From the NCBI GenBank assembly GCA_020536535.1, contig JAHLWZ010000076.1:1-64000 (forward strand): a stretch of DNA of 64,000 nucleotides, written 5' to 3'. This document shows, in pieces, positions 9,148 through 23,600 of this stretch. This stretch comes from Pelomyxa schiedti (lineage: Eukaryota > Protista > Evosea). Below the pieces are notes generated by a model that saw only the letters and a list, made by a program, of their open reading frames with translations, was not told the DNA's origin and ran no database searches. Within the stretch, counting starts at the first letter, position 1. Each line of letters opens with the position of its first letter. The position numbers and the translations under genes were made by a program.

Positions 9148-12087
9148 ATGCCGCACGTGCCTACGCTTGACGAGTACATGAGACGCAGTGGTGCGTGGGC
9201 CCGGTGCGCCAAGGAAGGCCAGCCGCTCGCGGGGCTGCGCGGTGCCGTGGTCGCCATCGACGGTGGCCACTGGTTCCACAGCAGGTACGAGCCCGCTGAC
9301 GACCCATTCAGGTGCCAAGTCGCCGGGGTGCGTGTTGCTAATGCCCCTGCTATCTATTACACGACACTACTCTTTTTTTTTTTTNNNNNNNNNNNNNNNN
9401 NNNNNNNNNNNNNNNNNNNNNNNNNNNNNNNNNNNNNNNNNNNNNNNNNNNNNNNNNNNNNNNNNNNNNNNNNNNNNNNNNNNNTCGGTGGCGCCGGGGG
9501 GGTGTGTCGAGCTGCAATTATGGGCCTGGGTGTTATGTTAGCCCTTGGTTGGGTTTATGTATTTTCTACCCCTGAAAACAAAAATATAGGTGCCAGGGCC
9601 ACTGGTGGTATCACTATTACGGGATATTGACGGTTTCTCAGAAGCGGGAATTAAACCATTTGTGGTCTTCAATGGGCTTAATGTTCCTGCTCCTTTGCTG
9701 CAGCCACATCACCACTCTGAAAAAATACACAACAACAAGTACTTTATGGCTTGGGAGGCTCAAAGAAAAGGTGACAATAAGGCAGCAATATCCTTTTTGC
9801 AAAAGAATTTCAAGGTTCCTGTGTACACCCAAGTTGGTCACACCAAACACTTACTCCCCTACCACAACAACAGTACGCGTTATCACAGAACGTTTTGCAA
9901 GGACTTCTATGTCTCCTCACAAAAAAGAAAGTCGAGTGGATCCGTGCTCCATTTCTTGCTCTGGCTCAACTTGCTTGGATCACCTCAGCAACCCCACCTT
10001 CCGCGACACATATCTGGGCCTCTCCAGAATGCTTCATGTTCCCACAAACAACTTCAATAATTCTCGACATAAACTTTCAGGTGAGAGCTTTGCTAATTCT
10101 TGTTGCCGTTGTAATTGGCGCTCACGTCCCATATAGAATCACACTTACACAACCTTGGACCAATCAGCCCTTTTTCATGAGTTGCTCGTTACTCAAGAGC
10201 AATTCACTGATGCTTGTCTCATAACTACCTATGTAGAGCAAGTGTACCCTCAATACCCCAAACGCAGAAATTTCGGAGATACTCTGAATTTTGTTAAGTC
10301 CACACCAAATATCATGCAAGGTATGGTGTGATGCATCTCAATAATATTTTCCAACTTCCGCAAGCTCTTAGGTCAAGGACCCCAGAAAGTGCAGCTGTTC
10401 TTCGTACAGCACGCTCTATGATTCAACACCACATGATTTTCAACTATTCATGTGTGCGTAACTTTTCGTTCCTCTGCTGGTTTTTTGTTAACCACTCCGC
10501 AGGTCTGTGAGCCTATAAGTGGAAATCCACCTGCTAACATCGATGGTATATTTGGTCCAAGACTGCCTGACCAGGCGTTCTTTTTTATTTGTATGGGTGT
10601 GATATCACCACAAGTGTTGAACAATATCATTAGCGCGACTCTAGTGGAAACTTCACCATTGGTGGACTCAACAGGCATGGAATTTCTCACTTAGACATAG
10701 TGGGGATAACATCTAAAAAGAGTACCGGGGAATGTTATCGGATCTTGTTGACGTCAGAGCCAATACCTTTTCTACTGTCTGTGCAACTATGAACCCGGCT
10801 TTTCGGTCTAGGTCCATCTTGTGGCAGCACTATTGGGAGGACACCAATCCACAAGATCTGCAGATAAGGGCAGGACCCGAGCTCTCTTCTATTAAACTGT
10901 ATTTGTAACCTTGTTATATAAATAGTAACTCCAAACCCAGGCTGGCGAATGACGAGGAGATTGAAGTAGAACTAAAACGGCAGGGAACTACGCATGTCGA
11001 TATGTGCTTTGTTCTATCAACGCGGGCACAGCACAGTCTTCCTGGCACTAACCAGTCAATACCACTGAATAGTCCACTTCCAGAGCGAGGCCCGGAGCCG
11101 TTTCGAAGTACAAAGAGCTACCTCTCCAGCGCTCTCCTTCACAGCTTGATAAGTACTATATCAATCACAGCACTGTGAATAAACTTACACCCAAAGGCAT
11201 GGAAAATATATCCCCAGAGGGAAGTTTGACTCCTCTCGGAGATGTCTTGAATGAAGTTTTGCTAAAGAAAGGTGGCCACATGTTTCAAGAGCAATGCTTA
11301 ATTGCTCTTGAGCTTTTACGTGCAGGGTATGTCATTGCGTTGCAAACACTTTGGCTGATACAAATTGAAAGTTACTTAACGTCTATGCCTTTGAACTACA
11401 TACCACCCAGTGACACTGACAATACCTCAAATCACGCTCGCCTTTCCTCGCGAGTTTTCAGTCTTCTTCCAGCGCAATTAGAGGTAAGGTTCCATCCACC
11501 ACATTCTTCTCTTTATTTATCTCCCTTTGGCCAGTAATAACTCATCCCAAATGCAGCCCAAACCGTGGAATCAAGTTGACCACGACCTTGCCGGATTCCA
11601 CAGTGTAGTTACAGCCTTATGGAGGTCACTGAGGAACCTTCACGAGATTGTTGCACTGACTCTGTTCCTTCAGTACCAAGTGGAATTACCCCCGCAGGCT
11701 TACCGCGAATTTTCCTCACAGTAAGCCGGCTTTTACCTATATCCCGACCCTTTCCAAATTTATCACACCTGATTGTGAATTTACAGGCTTCCATTTTTCC
11801 AACAACCAGGCACGGAATTGGGAATTGTGTGCAAGCACATCATGGAAGACACATCAGACAACATCACCCTCGAATCCCTGCTCGCCACGTTCCCGGCCTT
11901 TGGAACCACCCAACAGATAGCCCAGCAACTGAATGATGGGTGGCTTTTCTGGTGCTCTGTGATGAGCATTGCGGAAACTCTGGCCAAAAACGGTGTCCTT
12001 ACACCTCAACAGTGGACAGATTTTGAGCAGACCAACACAGTCCTTTTTTCCAAGTGGTCATCAATCCCTGGCCTCCAGGCTGAATAG
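9148..12087 (+). CDS. MKT1: MKT1-like post-transcriptional regulator (XPG-N/PIN-like N-terminus plus MKT1 domains)
   Basis: LRGAVVAIDGGHWF, DDPFRCQVAG|VPG, GIKPFVVFNGLNVP, FGPRLPD, GMGVISPQVLN, IALELLRAG. Multi-exon; intron 1 contains the N gap. Confidence 0.8.
9385..9484. other. Scaffold gap (100 N)
   Basis: Run of exactly 100 N after a poly-T tract. Confidence 0.99.
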
Positions 12088-12227
12088 AAACCGGTACTGA
12101 GAATAATAAAAAAAAAGACCTCCACCTCCGATGCCACACAGGGAAACCAAAAAACCAAAACCCAAAAAAAATAAAGGAAGATCGATTGCAACGAAAAAGG
12201 AACAAAAAGGAAACAAGTACGTGAAAA

Positions 12228-15200
12228 ATGGAACCGGACGTCGACTCTGCGGCGTTCTTGGCTTTGTCCGACGTGAGTATGAGACATCAACCGGGCATTT
12301 ATGCCAATGGACCAATTTTTGCTTGGCATTTTTTTTATTGCTCCGTGTTGTTGCTGTCAACATTTGTCATTGGTTTACCACAAACAAACAAACAAAAAAG
12401 AACCTCAAAGTGGCCACTGGGCAACTAAAAGCGATAATGAACGCGTGTGAGAGAAGTAAAGTTGAAGCCAAACAGCACTCCAGTGTGTTCATTTGTTCAT
12501 TGACTTTTTACTATGCTTCGTTTTTATGCTGTTCCAACTTCAATTAGCGGCTGGGATGTTTTTTGGGAGCGACCAGATTGCTGATGCAATCTTCTCTTAT
12601 TCCATGGATCTTCATTTTTCTAAAAAGAGTCCCGCTCTCGGTACTATTTAAATGGCAGCAAAACACTTTTCAATTACTCACTTACTCACAGCAACCGCTT
12701 TGATAACTTATGGAACAATACAACGAAAACTCTCTATCCTTCGAAAAGACTTGGTTCTTCTTCTTGTTTTAACAAACTAAGCTCAACTGCTCAAAAGGAT
12801 CAAAAGATAAAAGAACGTTTTGTCAAGCCAATCACTTTATTCATTGACAACGACATGAAACGAGCACAAACTACAAGGCAGCAGTATGATCACCAGAAAA
12901 AGTCTTTTGAAACTGCCAAAACAAAACTCAAAGAATCTGAAACTAAACTTGATCCTCACAAATACTATGCAGTAAACCAGTCCATGTCAGAAATCCGTCT
13001 AACTGTTATGCAGTTGCAGGTCGACTATACGTCCGAGAAGCAGGAATATGAAAACGTGCACGCCAGATCAATGTCTGAAGTGACCGATCTTGATAAGTTG
13101 AAAGATATTGAACTCATTACTCGTCTCAAGTATGGTGACTCTTATGTCATCGACGCTAATATCAACAGGGCTCTAATGAGTGCTCATTTGGAGTACCTCA
13201 AAAATTGTACAGAGACATTCGAAAAAGTTGATAGTATTTTATCTGAGTTGGATGATGCTAGGGCGAAGGTAGGTTGCGGATTTAAGATTTTACTTGTGTT
13301 AATCTAGACCTCATGTCCACAAGTAGGAAACTGCTGTTTTGGTAGAGAAGAGAAAAGAATCTGAAAAAGCTACTACTACAAAACGCCAACAACAGATTGC
13401 CACAAGATTCAATCCACTAATTGAAGTAGTTTTCTTCGAGCTTTTTCTTCCTGTAATTCCATGCAGTTGATTTCAACGAATACCTGTCTTTCCGCTTTGT
13501 TTGAACAACAGGAGTCATCTTCTCCCTCAGATGAGCTCTTTGCATCTCTGGCCAGGTAGTGGTGACATCAGGACTACCCTAAATGTTTGCAGAGTCTTGG
13601 ACCACAAGCAAATACTCCTACCTATTATCAAGACAGAGATCACAAAATGCATCACCGAGAATAGTACTTGAACTCCAACTTACCAAGTGAATTTAACATT
13701 TCCTGAGGTGATCCCCAGGTCTTGTTCCGAGCCAATACACTTGCTACAAGGCTAACAACAGCCGTACACTTTTTCAATTCGCAATGATATTTTCCGTTTA
13801 TATCTGCAATTATAGTTAACAACTATCGTTGGAGGACCCTTTCTCCAATCAGTTTTGGGTCCGATAATGCGCAACTTGAATGAATCAAGTGAAGAGTTTG
13901 AGGTTTTTTGTACTTCTTGTTACTTTTTTTTAAGTGTTCTCAGATCGATCCCATACATGTCAGTGATCCAGCAATACGAGAAGCCAACGTGGTCAGGTTA
14001 ACAAAAACGATTGAATCTGTCTTAGATGCTATTCTCACTTCGACAAATTCGTTTCCATTGTATACAATCCATCACTGTTTTTCTTTCCCAATGTGTTCAC
14101 CCCCATTTTAATAGACCTTTCCGATGTTTGTGTGCCCATGCCCGCAAAGAAGCCGCTACGAGATTCAACAACGAAAGGATTGGGAACACAGCTGTTGGTG
14201 GTATGGCTTTTCTTTCTAAATGGAAGAGAAAACCACGGTAATATATCCTGCAGGATTTATATTTTTAAGATTTTTCTGCCCCAATATTGTCAACCCAACA
14301 AAGCTTGGTCTGTTGCCAAAGCAGCCACCCAAAAATGTTTTTCGTGCACTTGTCCTTATAACAAAATCTTTGCAATCTCTGGCAAATAATGCCGAGTTCA
14401 GTGCAGCAGAAGGTTGTCCCCCTTAAATTGTCCAAGTGTATAGTTAACTAAACGAAAAATAGAATACATGAAAGTGATGGATGACTTCATTAAAACAAAC
14501 AGAAAGCTTGTTATCGAGTGGTATGACAAACTTACGGTACTGTTCTTTCTTTCTAGTTCCTTTTTAATCTTCACTAGACTATCCCAGATGACTGGGAACA
14601 GAACCAGACACCCCTTGTTTCCCGACAGGAGCTCGAAGTCCGCGATCTGCCCATCATAGAAGATGTATGCAGAACTTACCTGCGCAAAGTGTCGAAAGTG
14701 TCACCAGAGGAGAAGGTACCACAATAATCCCTTCACAATCAACACAAATATCTTAAAGGCATTTTTCATGAAATTTTGCCAAGTAATGGCGACATTGGAA
14801 CGGTAAAACACAAGGTTATAGCAACTTTAATTTCATATTCTTTATAGAGTAAATGTTCCTGCAACTCCACCAGAACCAGCTGCTAAACCCCCTCCACTCC
14901 GCCACCTCTTCCACATCTCAACAAATTTCATTCAGGAAAAAATATCTGATTACTCGTCAAACATACCCATGACAGCCCGTCCTTCACATTCTCATACACC
15001 ACAATCACTTTATCCAAGTGAGAAAACCGCTGCAACCACTGACAACATCACATCCAGTGGTGATATCCTCCCCAACTGGCGTCAATCTACACCAAGTCTA
15101 AACTCCTCCAGCCTCAACCGCCAACAATTTGGAACAATAAGGGGTCACAACCTGTCTTTTATGAACGAACAAGAGCAAGAGGAATCAGCCTCACCCCCAC

Positions 15201-16423
15201 CTCTTAGGCGAGGTGGGGACAGAACAGAACTTACAAAAAGTACCTCCCATTCCCACCACCACCATCATCATCGATCATCCGATCAATCAGCGTCAGCTTC
15301 AAATCAATCAAACCAATCAAATTCAGCAACTCCACCAAGTTCTGAAGCTGGAGATGAATTCCGCCATTTAAAAGATGGAACTACTACAGAATACGGTTTT
15401 CGAAGCACTAGCAGAGATTCCTCTGGCAAGTTACGTAGAAGGAGTGGATCAAGTGGAGTCGACTTTATTCCATCTGCAGCACTTGCCGCAATGACAAGTG
15501 CCATCAGTGGGGTTTCAGGAGAAGTACCATCAAAGGGTGAGAAAGTGGAAGGAGAAAATTGTCTCAGTGATGAGGATGGTTCAGGGCTAGCAAATAGCGG
15601 ATCCGGCGATGGAATTTCAGCCCTTTCAGAGGTTGAACTGAGGGAAAGAGAGGAGAGAGCAGGAAAATCGGCACATAGAAATTCATTTCCCGAACGTTTG
15701 AGGACATCCCCGGATGTGGACAAGCCTCACAGTCACCACCACCACAACCACCACGAGCGCCATTCTCCAACCCCATTATTAGGTACACAAGATAACGAAA
15801 AGGATGCAGGTTCCCCAGAAATTATGCGTTCACGTAATCACCACAGCACCGAATCCTCCGAATTGGCAGAAAGTGAATCAGGAAGCTCCGACGAAAGTAA
15901 ACCACAGATCTCCCAACCACTTCCCCTTCAAATGTGTCCCCCGTTGCGGAGGGAGCGTAAGACGTTGTCTGTTGTGGGTCTGTTTGACAATCAACCAGTA
16001 GCAACCACTGGCACCCCTGCTACCACAAACACTACTACCACTACCCCTACAATCACAACCACACTCACGTCTTCATCATCTTCTTCGTCCTCCGTGTCCA
16101 CTCCCCCGGCCACACCCACTCTCACGCACACACCCACTCTCACACCCACGTGCCCGCCAACCCCCGAAACAACCAGGGACAAGTCACCAAGCCCACCATC
16201 ACGGTCTCTAACAAGCCCTCACCTGCGCTACTCAAGCCCCAGCAAATACGTGGACTCACTGCAAAAAAGCCCGACCATCACCAAAGTCACTCCACCACCT
16301 CTCAAACTCCCAGGAGAATCAGTACCCTTCATGCCACACATGCCGGTAATAAGGGAGACCAGGCGCAGGAGTGCGAGTTCTGCAATGCAGCAGTTCTTGC
16401 CGACTTACTTAGGGAAGACCTGA
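12228..16423 (+). CDS. BAR-like coiled-coil plus RasGAP protein with a long Ser/Thr/Pro/His-rich tail
   Basis: Helical N-terminus (RAQTTRQQYDHQKKSFETAKTKL). RasGAP motifs LFRANTLATRL, AVGGMAFL|RFFCPNIVNP, LITKSLQSLAN, YMKVMDDFI. Last exon 14969-16423 is low complexity. Confidence 0.8.
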
Positions 16424-16769
16424 TGACATGATGGCCGGAAGACTGATTGGGAGTTCATACTCACATCGGCCTATCCGCTTCACCCATCTCTTCAACCCAC
16501 CACTTTATTTACTCATTGTATGTATGCACGGCAGGCCCCCTTGTATAAGGCCACTCACTACATTCACCTCAGAACCCGCAACAACCTCCCATAAATGAGG
16601 GAGGAATTTTACAGAACAAAAATTGGTGTTTTCTCTACGCCACACCTCCCTTGTTTCGGTGTTAAACTGTCAAAGGAGGCGTTAGTTGCCTGCACAGAGC
16701 TCTAGATACAAATAAGAGCCATCTCGTTATTTTTCTATCAAAAAAGAAAACTTTTGTTTTGACAGAAAA

Positions 16770-19700
16770 ATGATCACCTCCTTCTTGGAGAGCACCAAGA
16801 TCCACGTACTGATTGTACCTGCTGGAAATATACCTGGTGTGTAGTGACGACGAGTGATAGCACAAGTAACGATGTTTTGTTAGAGAACAAGTTTAACGAG
16901 TTCACTGCGGTGGTGAGTGGGTTCAACACTGTAGACCTACGAGATGTCACGCGAGGCGGTGCGTGGTCAAATGGCTTTGTGAAGTACAGTTACAAAACCC
17001 ACAAAACCGACCCCAGCGAATGGGAGAACATCCAGATACACAGGAAAACAATGGCTGTGTGCTTACTGTCTTCTATTTGTATTTTTCACCAATCTGGTGT
17101 AACCAGATTATCGGCATAATAAACTGCCCCACAACACCAAGCATTCAAGACACGTATGCCAATTTTGAAGCCATGTGCCAAATTCAAGTGCGTAGCTCCT
17201 TTCTGCATGCTCCTTAACGAAATGTGACACCTGACATACAAGTACCCCAATGTATCACAACGTATGTGCATGGCTTTTGATCCTTTGCCATCACAGAACG
17301 ACGAACCATCGGGTGTGTTGGTCATGATTCCAAATTGCCCCGATACGTCGCACTTGTTAAATTACGTCGAAACACTACTAAACGACTTCACTGCAAAACT
17401 TGTTGGTTGGCTCGAGTCTGAGGCATGAACTTCCTTTAGTTATTGGAGACACAAACAAACCTTCACTTGTGATTTCTGAGCTATTCCAAATAGGTCAACG
17501 CTGCTCGAAACCCTCAAAAACTTGTCCATCTCAGTACACCACTTGACACAAGCAAAACTGCTGATGATACAAAGGTCTTGCAAAAAAGAAAATCTGGCAG
17601 GTTGCAAAAAATAGTGGGAGACTATTGTTTATTGGGAGGCCAACAAAAGGAAGCTGCTGCAGCGTATTTGTTTCAAGCCAATATTACGTCTCACTCCCAA
17701 TTAGCTACACTGCAGCCATAGAGGCATGCAAAGCAACTAATGATCTAGAATGGTCGGCTTCAGCACAGGAGGGCTGGTGCGCAGCCTGCATATCATTAAA
17801 CGTATTTCCCCAGTCCCCACCATTTTTCTTTTAAGAGATAATCAGGAAAGCAATTTGCCAACATGTGAAGAAGATGTTGTGAATGCTGCACAACAGGCCC
17901 GAGAAAACTACAATAAAAGGGGAGCCCACCACTTAGAGCTGGAGCTTGTGATGAAAGTTAGTTGGATCCCCTTGTTATATGGACTACCAATACACTGCAG
18001 ATGGCGCACTTCCAAACTTTATTGGGGCACAAAGATAGAGCAACTGAACTACTTACAGATGCTTATACCTATGGTGAGACACACTGCGGAACACAGGACA
18101 GAGTATCTTGAAGTGGAAATGGATACTTTTTTTTTAACCTCTTTCCACAGATTCAGTTGACTGGAACAATTGCACTTTTGTAAGTCATACATAGAATTCA
18201 AATCAAAAACATACCACAATTAACTCAGCAAAGGTATAAGTTTATGGGATTTCACCGCAAATATGCTTTTTATTTGTGGTTGGCCTCAGGATTGTATCGC
18301 AAGGTTCTCAGTATTTTTTTCTAGTGTTGGACGGATTAATTGTTTTCCTAGCTCTTTGATACAAGTGCGCAACATTACTTACTTTCTATGTGCTCGAAAT
18401 ATTACTACATAAACATGGATAAACGTGTGACGGTTCTCCCTCGACACCAGCATGAGTGACCCTCTGCACAGAATCCTCTGATATCGTTTTGAGAACTGAA
18501 TTACATCGATGTGGAACAAAGGGCTGGCCTCCATTGCAAAAGCATATCCTTACGGATCTTCTTTCTGCCTCTACAAACACTAATAGTATTTATTATCCCA
18601 CATCAATCAATTTCACAATATATAGATACCACAAACATTATCAAGTACAGTACACATCTACTTCGTAGCTTGCACCCTCGGCTTCTTTCCAGTGACCAAG
18701 GAAAACTCGCTTCTAGTTTAGCGACGGCATCAGCGAGACTGTATCGTCCAATTGATGTCCGTGGGAAGATGCTGGGTTTACCTTCATTCGTCCGTGTTAC
18801 ACCTGTCAAATGTTCTTCACCAGACTCTGCTCCTGTCGAGCTTCCTAGACAAAATGCGGGTGGTGCAAAGTGGATTTTCACACCACTCCAGCAACGGTAA
18901 TCTTGGAACGCCCCACTCAGGTACTGAGATTTCCTAGGAATAAGGCTCAGGCTCCTCCTTACACTTGGGTTGTCGGTGAAACCAATGAAGTTCACATAGA
19001 AATGTCAAATCCCGTTTCTATTGAAGTTCATGTGGAGAGTATTACCCTCTGGTATGCTACACATCAATTTGTTTTTCATTTCGACCGAACTTAAAAAAAC
19101 AAGTACTTCAGGAGTACCTGCTGAATTTTATTCCTCCCAGTCGTTCACAATTCCACGTGAAAGTCCCATTTTTGAAGTCTCAATATTGGGAAAAGCCCTT
19201 TCTCCTGGGATACTTACAATAAACGGCTGCGTGATTCAGTCGTGTGGAATAATGTGTGTCCTTTTTTTTTTTTGAAATTTTCTACCCTTAAAATTCCACT
19301 TTCAAAGGTACTTCCATCCTGTGAAAAATAATGGTGAAGCTGTGGCTCTGTAACACCCGTTTTATTGTTTTTCAATACTAATATTAGTACCGAAAGTGAC
19401 GAATTTTATTATCCACCTTCACCTGCTAAGCCATCACAAGCAATGACTTTGTCAAACTCGATACTTGGTGTGGCCAGTACAATAAATAATAGGCTTTCCC
19501 ATTCTTACACCCTTCAGTAACGGAACCTCTCCCGAGCCTTGTTTGTGAGCACTGTGAAGGTAGTAATGTCCGTCTGGAGCTCACTGAAGGAGAAATGTAC
19601 AATGCGTACTTACCCTTCTGTCATTCTGAACCTTTCAAGATACGATCATCACTTCGACTTGATCAATCTAGGCAGTTGCCCTGTGGGAAACGTAGAAATT

Positions 19701-21284
19701 ACTTGCAGTGGTGACAGTGAAGTTACCACTTCTGCTAGTTCCTCCAGGCCAGTCTGCACACTTCTTGGAGGAAGTACATCGCAGTCTAATGGAGAACCAG
19801 TCACCTCACAAAACGTGCCTTCTACAGAATCGGTGACTTCCTCACAGTCTTCTTCGTCAAATGCCAGAAATAGCTTCCAATCTCCTCTGGCAATAACTGA
19901 ACATCTACCTTTGTTGCCAGGAGATCACCTTCCCCTTTGTGTGAGTTTTGCTTTTGTTGTCCCACCGTTTCTCATACTACACAGATACGAATTGAGGCTG
20001 CTAAAACCTTGTAACTTTTGACTGCCATGATGCAGGATAACTGATTTTTTACATCTAGATCTCTTGTGACATTTTCTGCCAAGTATTGGTCTTCAGCCGA
20101 ATCTCGCTATGGCAGGCTCCTCACAGTTCCTATCCACGTGCAAGTTACCAGCGGCATTGGGGTAATTGGCTAGGCTAATACCACGTCTCAGATTTGAGTA
20201 GGTTTCAAGTATAACTGCCATTCCGCAAGGAGACAATTGTCTTCTCGTAATTTCACTTCATAATGCTACCTTGAAAGCAGCAACAGTAGCTTGTTCATTC
20301 AGTAGTGACAATAGAACTGTCATTTGTACTGGAGACGCATTAATTCCAAAGCAGATGTCAGCCAGGTTTCCCTTGTCACCTCAATGTACTGTAGAATTAA
20401 TGGACATGTTTTAGTGTTGTACTCCAAATTCCCAGGATTTTACAGGGACCAGATATGCAACTACCAGAGGAGTACATGCCTCAGCTCACTGCGGCCACTG
20501 TAAGTGGCACAGGTAACAGCGGCTCGCTTCCAAACCCCACCGGACATTCCTCCATGGTTGTGATCTTGATTTGTGTCTGCTCTAGATTGATTTTTCTCCA
20601 AGGTTAAGCTCCTGGACTGGTGCAAGTCCTATATTATGCAGCATTTGACTGTTACTTGGAAACTTGTAACGCCACACCTCCATAGAGATACAACTGTATG
20701 ATTCACTCAATTTTGCAGATTGGAAGTTGCACAGGACAAACAAACCTTGGTGGAATTACAATAACCCCAAAAACCGCCAGGGCACTCACACAAGCACCGG
20801 TGAAGTTGGGGATGTCTATTTGTTTGATACCCAATTACAGTCAAGAGCTAGTATCAGTAAACAGCAACAGCATGATCCCGCAAGGAGATTTACTGCTGGA
20901 TACCTTCCAACCCCTTTATCGAGTGAAGAAGTTTGAACAGTTCCAAGTCACACTGGTTGTCACCAACAACCGGCCGCCAGAATGCTCTCCTTTATCCCAA
21001 ATTGTGTTGCAGCTGTTACCCGAGAATTCTCACACCTCCCCAAGAATGGATCAATTTCTTTGGGTCACGGGCCTACTCTCCTGTGAGCTGAAAGAGGTTA
21101 TTCACTTGACAACTTTGAGCGACTTCCTAACTCTTCTCAGTTGGCACCCGGAATGACCGCTAAGCATACTGTTGTGGTGTCATTTGTTGAAACAGGCCGG
21201 TTCACACTGACAGGTCTTTGTACAAGACACCCCAACGCAAACCAGTGTTTTGGAGAACACAGTGTATGTTTTGACGTTAGTTGA
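16770..21284 (+). CDS. TRAPPC9: TRAPP II subunit TRAPPC9/Trs120
   Basis: IHVLIVPAGNIP, SEWENIQIHRK, IIGIINCP and WIFTP motifs, followed by C-terminal Ig-like repeats. 3' end approximate. Confidence 0.8.
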
Positions 21285-21367
21285 CTTTTGTAAAAACCCA
21301 AAAAACATCCTACAAAAAAAAAGTGATTTGTTTTATGCCACATAATAAAGAACCCAACAAAGGGTTC

Positions 21368-22901
21368 TCAGGATTTCACAAACCCATTAACTACATTCAA
21401 AATTGCTGCAGAGAATGCTAGTACTCCTAACGTAAAGCCAACCCAAACAGACACACTGTTGCTTGTCCACTTTGAAGTATAAATGGAAATAGCAGCCCCC
21501 TTGCCGAACTGTTTCTCCATCTTCCGCCGCGAAAGTTCCCACATGACGGCCGGTATGAAGAACTGAATGAAGAAGGCAAACAGGCCTGTGAATGTGAATA
21601 TGACGTCGAGGTCCCCAAATGCGGTGCCGGCAATTATGGGCGGCAAAGCGGCGGCGATTCGGCTCGTGTAGTTGGCGATTCGGGCCCGCTTTTCGGTGAA
21701 TGACTTTGGGAAGAGGTGGATGAGATTGGAGGCCAGTGATATGGCAATAAGTGGATATACACTTATCAGGTTCAGTATTGGATATAGCGTGATGATCGTG
21801 TATATAATCCAAGCGTACCATGTTCTGGTCCCCTCCCCCCAGCCTCCATTGAGGCCTGTATAAGACGCCCAATTGAGAATGACAAGAGGGTCAGTCAGGC
21901 CGTTGAAGAAATATGCACACACAATGCCCATGAGAAGGAAGAACAACATGCTGGTGAAGAGACCCGCCAACATAATTTGCCTCAGGGTATACTTATTTCT
22001 GACCGGAGTGAGGGCATCTATTGACAGTGAGAATAAAACTTTCGGTTTTGGGTGACCTACCAGGCATATTATAATGCACAGTATACGCATAAGCTGCGGA
22101 GGTAACAAGAATAGCGAAGCCTGAAGGATGGAATCCCCATGCATCACTAGCTTGAAACGAGGCAACTTCAACAGATGCAGACGATGTAGATGCCGAATAT
22201 GATGGCGGAGGAAGGGGGCCAGCTACCCCTAAAGCAACAAATATGGTTACCAGCATAAGTGCAAATCCAACGAATCGGTATCCTGTTAGGAACATTTGCA
22301 CTTTGATTTGCTGTGTAACATCCAGCAAGGACATTGTCACAACACAAATGCCGAAGAATACTGCTGAAGCATAGTACGCTCCCTGGCAAGCAGATGAGGG
22401 GTCTTTGTAAATGTCGCAGTGGCCTTCAGATGGCACAAACTCCAAAACTAGACTTGAAAGGGATGACGCAAAAACGCTTACACTGGCCCACAGACACCCA
22501 TAGCAGTAAAATGTCATAACTATTTCTGAAACTATCTTCCCTGGCAATCCAGCAAAAGTCTGGCAGCACTTGGTGTAATCAAATTTTTCGTAGACAAGGT
22601 TATTTAGAGGTTTTCTGCCACTTCCGTCCCCAATAGCATGATCCCCGGTGACCCGTTGATATCCTTGGGCTCTAGCCATCAGCTCCAAAACCCTATGGGT
22701 TTTGAGTGCTGGGTATTGAAAGCTGGTAAACGTACCAACAGCAAGACACAAAGGTGAGAACAAACATAATCACAGTCAAGATAATTCCAAACGGAATACC
22801 AGCTTCCCTGTCTTTAGTAAGTCTGAAGCATTCTCATGAAAACACTACGCATTCTCTTGCATACTATAATAACACTTTCAACAATTGTAGCAGCAACAAC
22901 A

Positions 22902-22957
<56 letters not shown>

Positions 22958-23312
22958 CTTGTAATTACATAAACCCGCCACCCACACTCAGCACTAACCA
23001 AAAAGCATAAGGCAATCCAAATACACCAGTGCCAATAATACAATTTATGATGACCGCGAAACCAGCAATGGTGCCATACGACGCCTTGCCGGCAACTTTA
23101 TCGCGAGGAGATGGCTCTGATAGCAGAATCTCGTCTCCTGATGTGTCGGTATACACCTGCAGCTGCGCGTGGTCGTCGTTGTTGTTGCTGGCGACTACCG
23201 ACGTAGTGTACGAATTATGGCTGTCTTTGCTGCCGTAGGGGTCGTCGTCGTTGTACACCGCCTCGAATGTGAGAGGCTCGTAGTGCGAAGACGAGGATAT
23301 CTTGTTCCCCAT
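21368..23312 (-). CDS. TMEM104: Amino-acid transporter family protein (TMEM104-like, Aa_trans)
   Basis: GFAVIINCIIGTGVFGLPYAF, ILNWASY, YPLIAISLASNL, TGLFAFFIQFFIPA; about 10 hydrophobic segments. Confidence 0.8.
22903..22954. repeat. 52-nt poly(A) tract in intron 1 of the transporter gene
   Basis: Homopolymer read directly from the sequence. Confidence 0.95.
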
Positions 23313-23600
23313 TGTGGGACAATGTTCGTAGTGAGTGTGCTATCGAGATAAGTGCTACAAGCTAGTGGTTGGTGGTGACACCCAAACCCAAACGCAACGC
23401 GTTTTGATTTGGAAAAGTCTTTGGCGATCGGCAAACGAAATTTGATCATTTGATCTGGAAGCCAGAACCTGTTGTTGGCAATTGCAGATGTTTCCTTCTA
23501 TTTCTGGAAGTAATGGTTCCGTGGAACATGTGTGTATGGACATTGTTACGAGCAAATGGGAGGAAAAAAAAGGCTCCAAAAACTCTTTAAAACTTGTCTA

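Noticed and set aside
16421-16447. TGATGA...CTGA box C/D-like snoRNA signature
   Set aside because: The boxes are only about 25 nt apart, there is no terminal stem, and it overlaps a stop codon.
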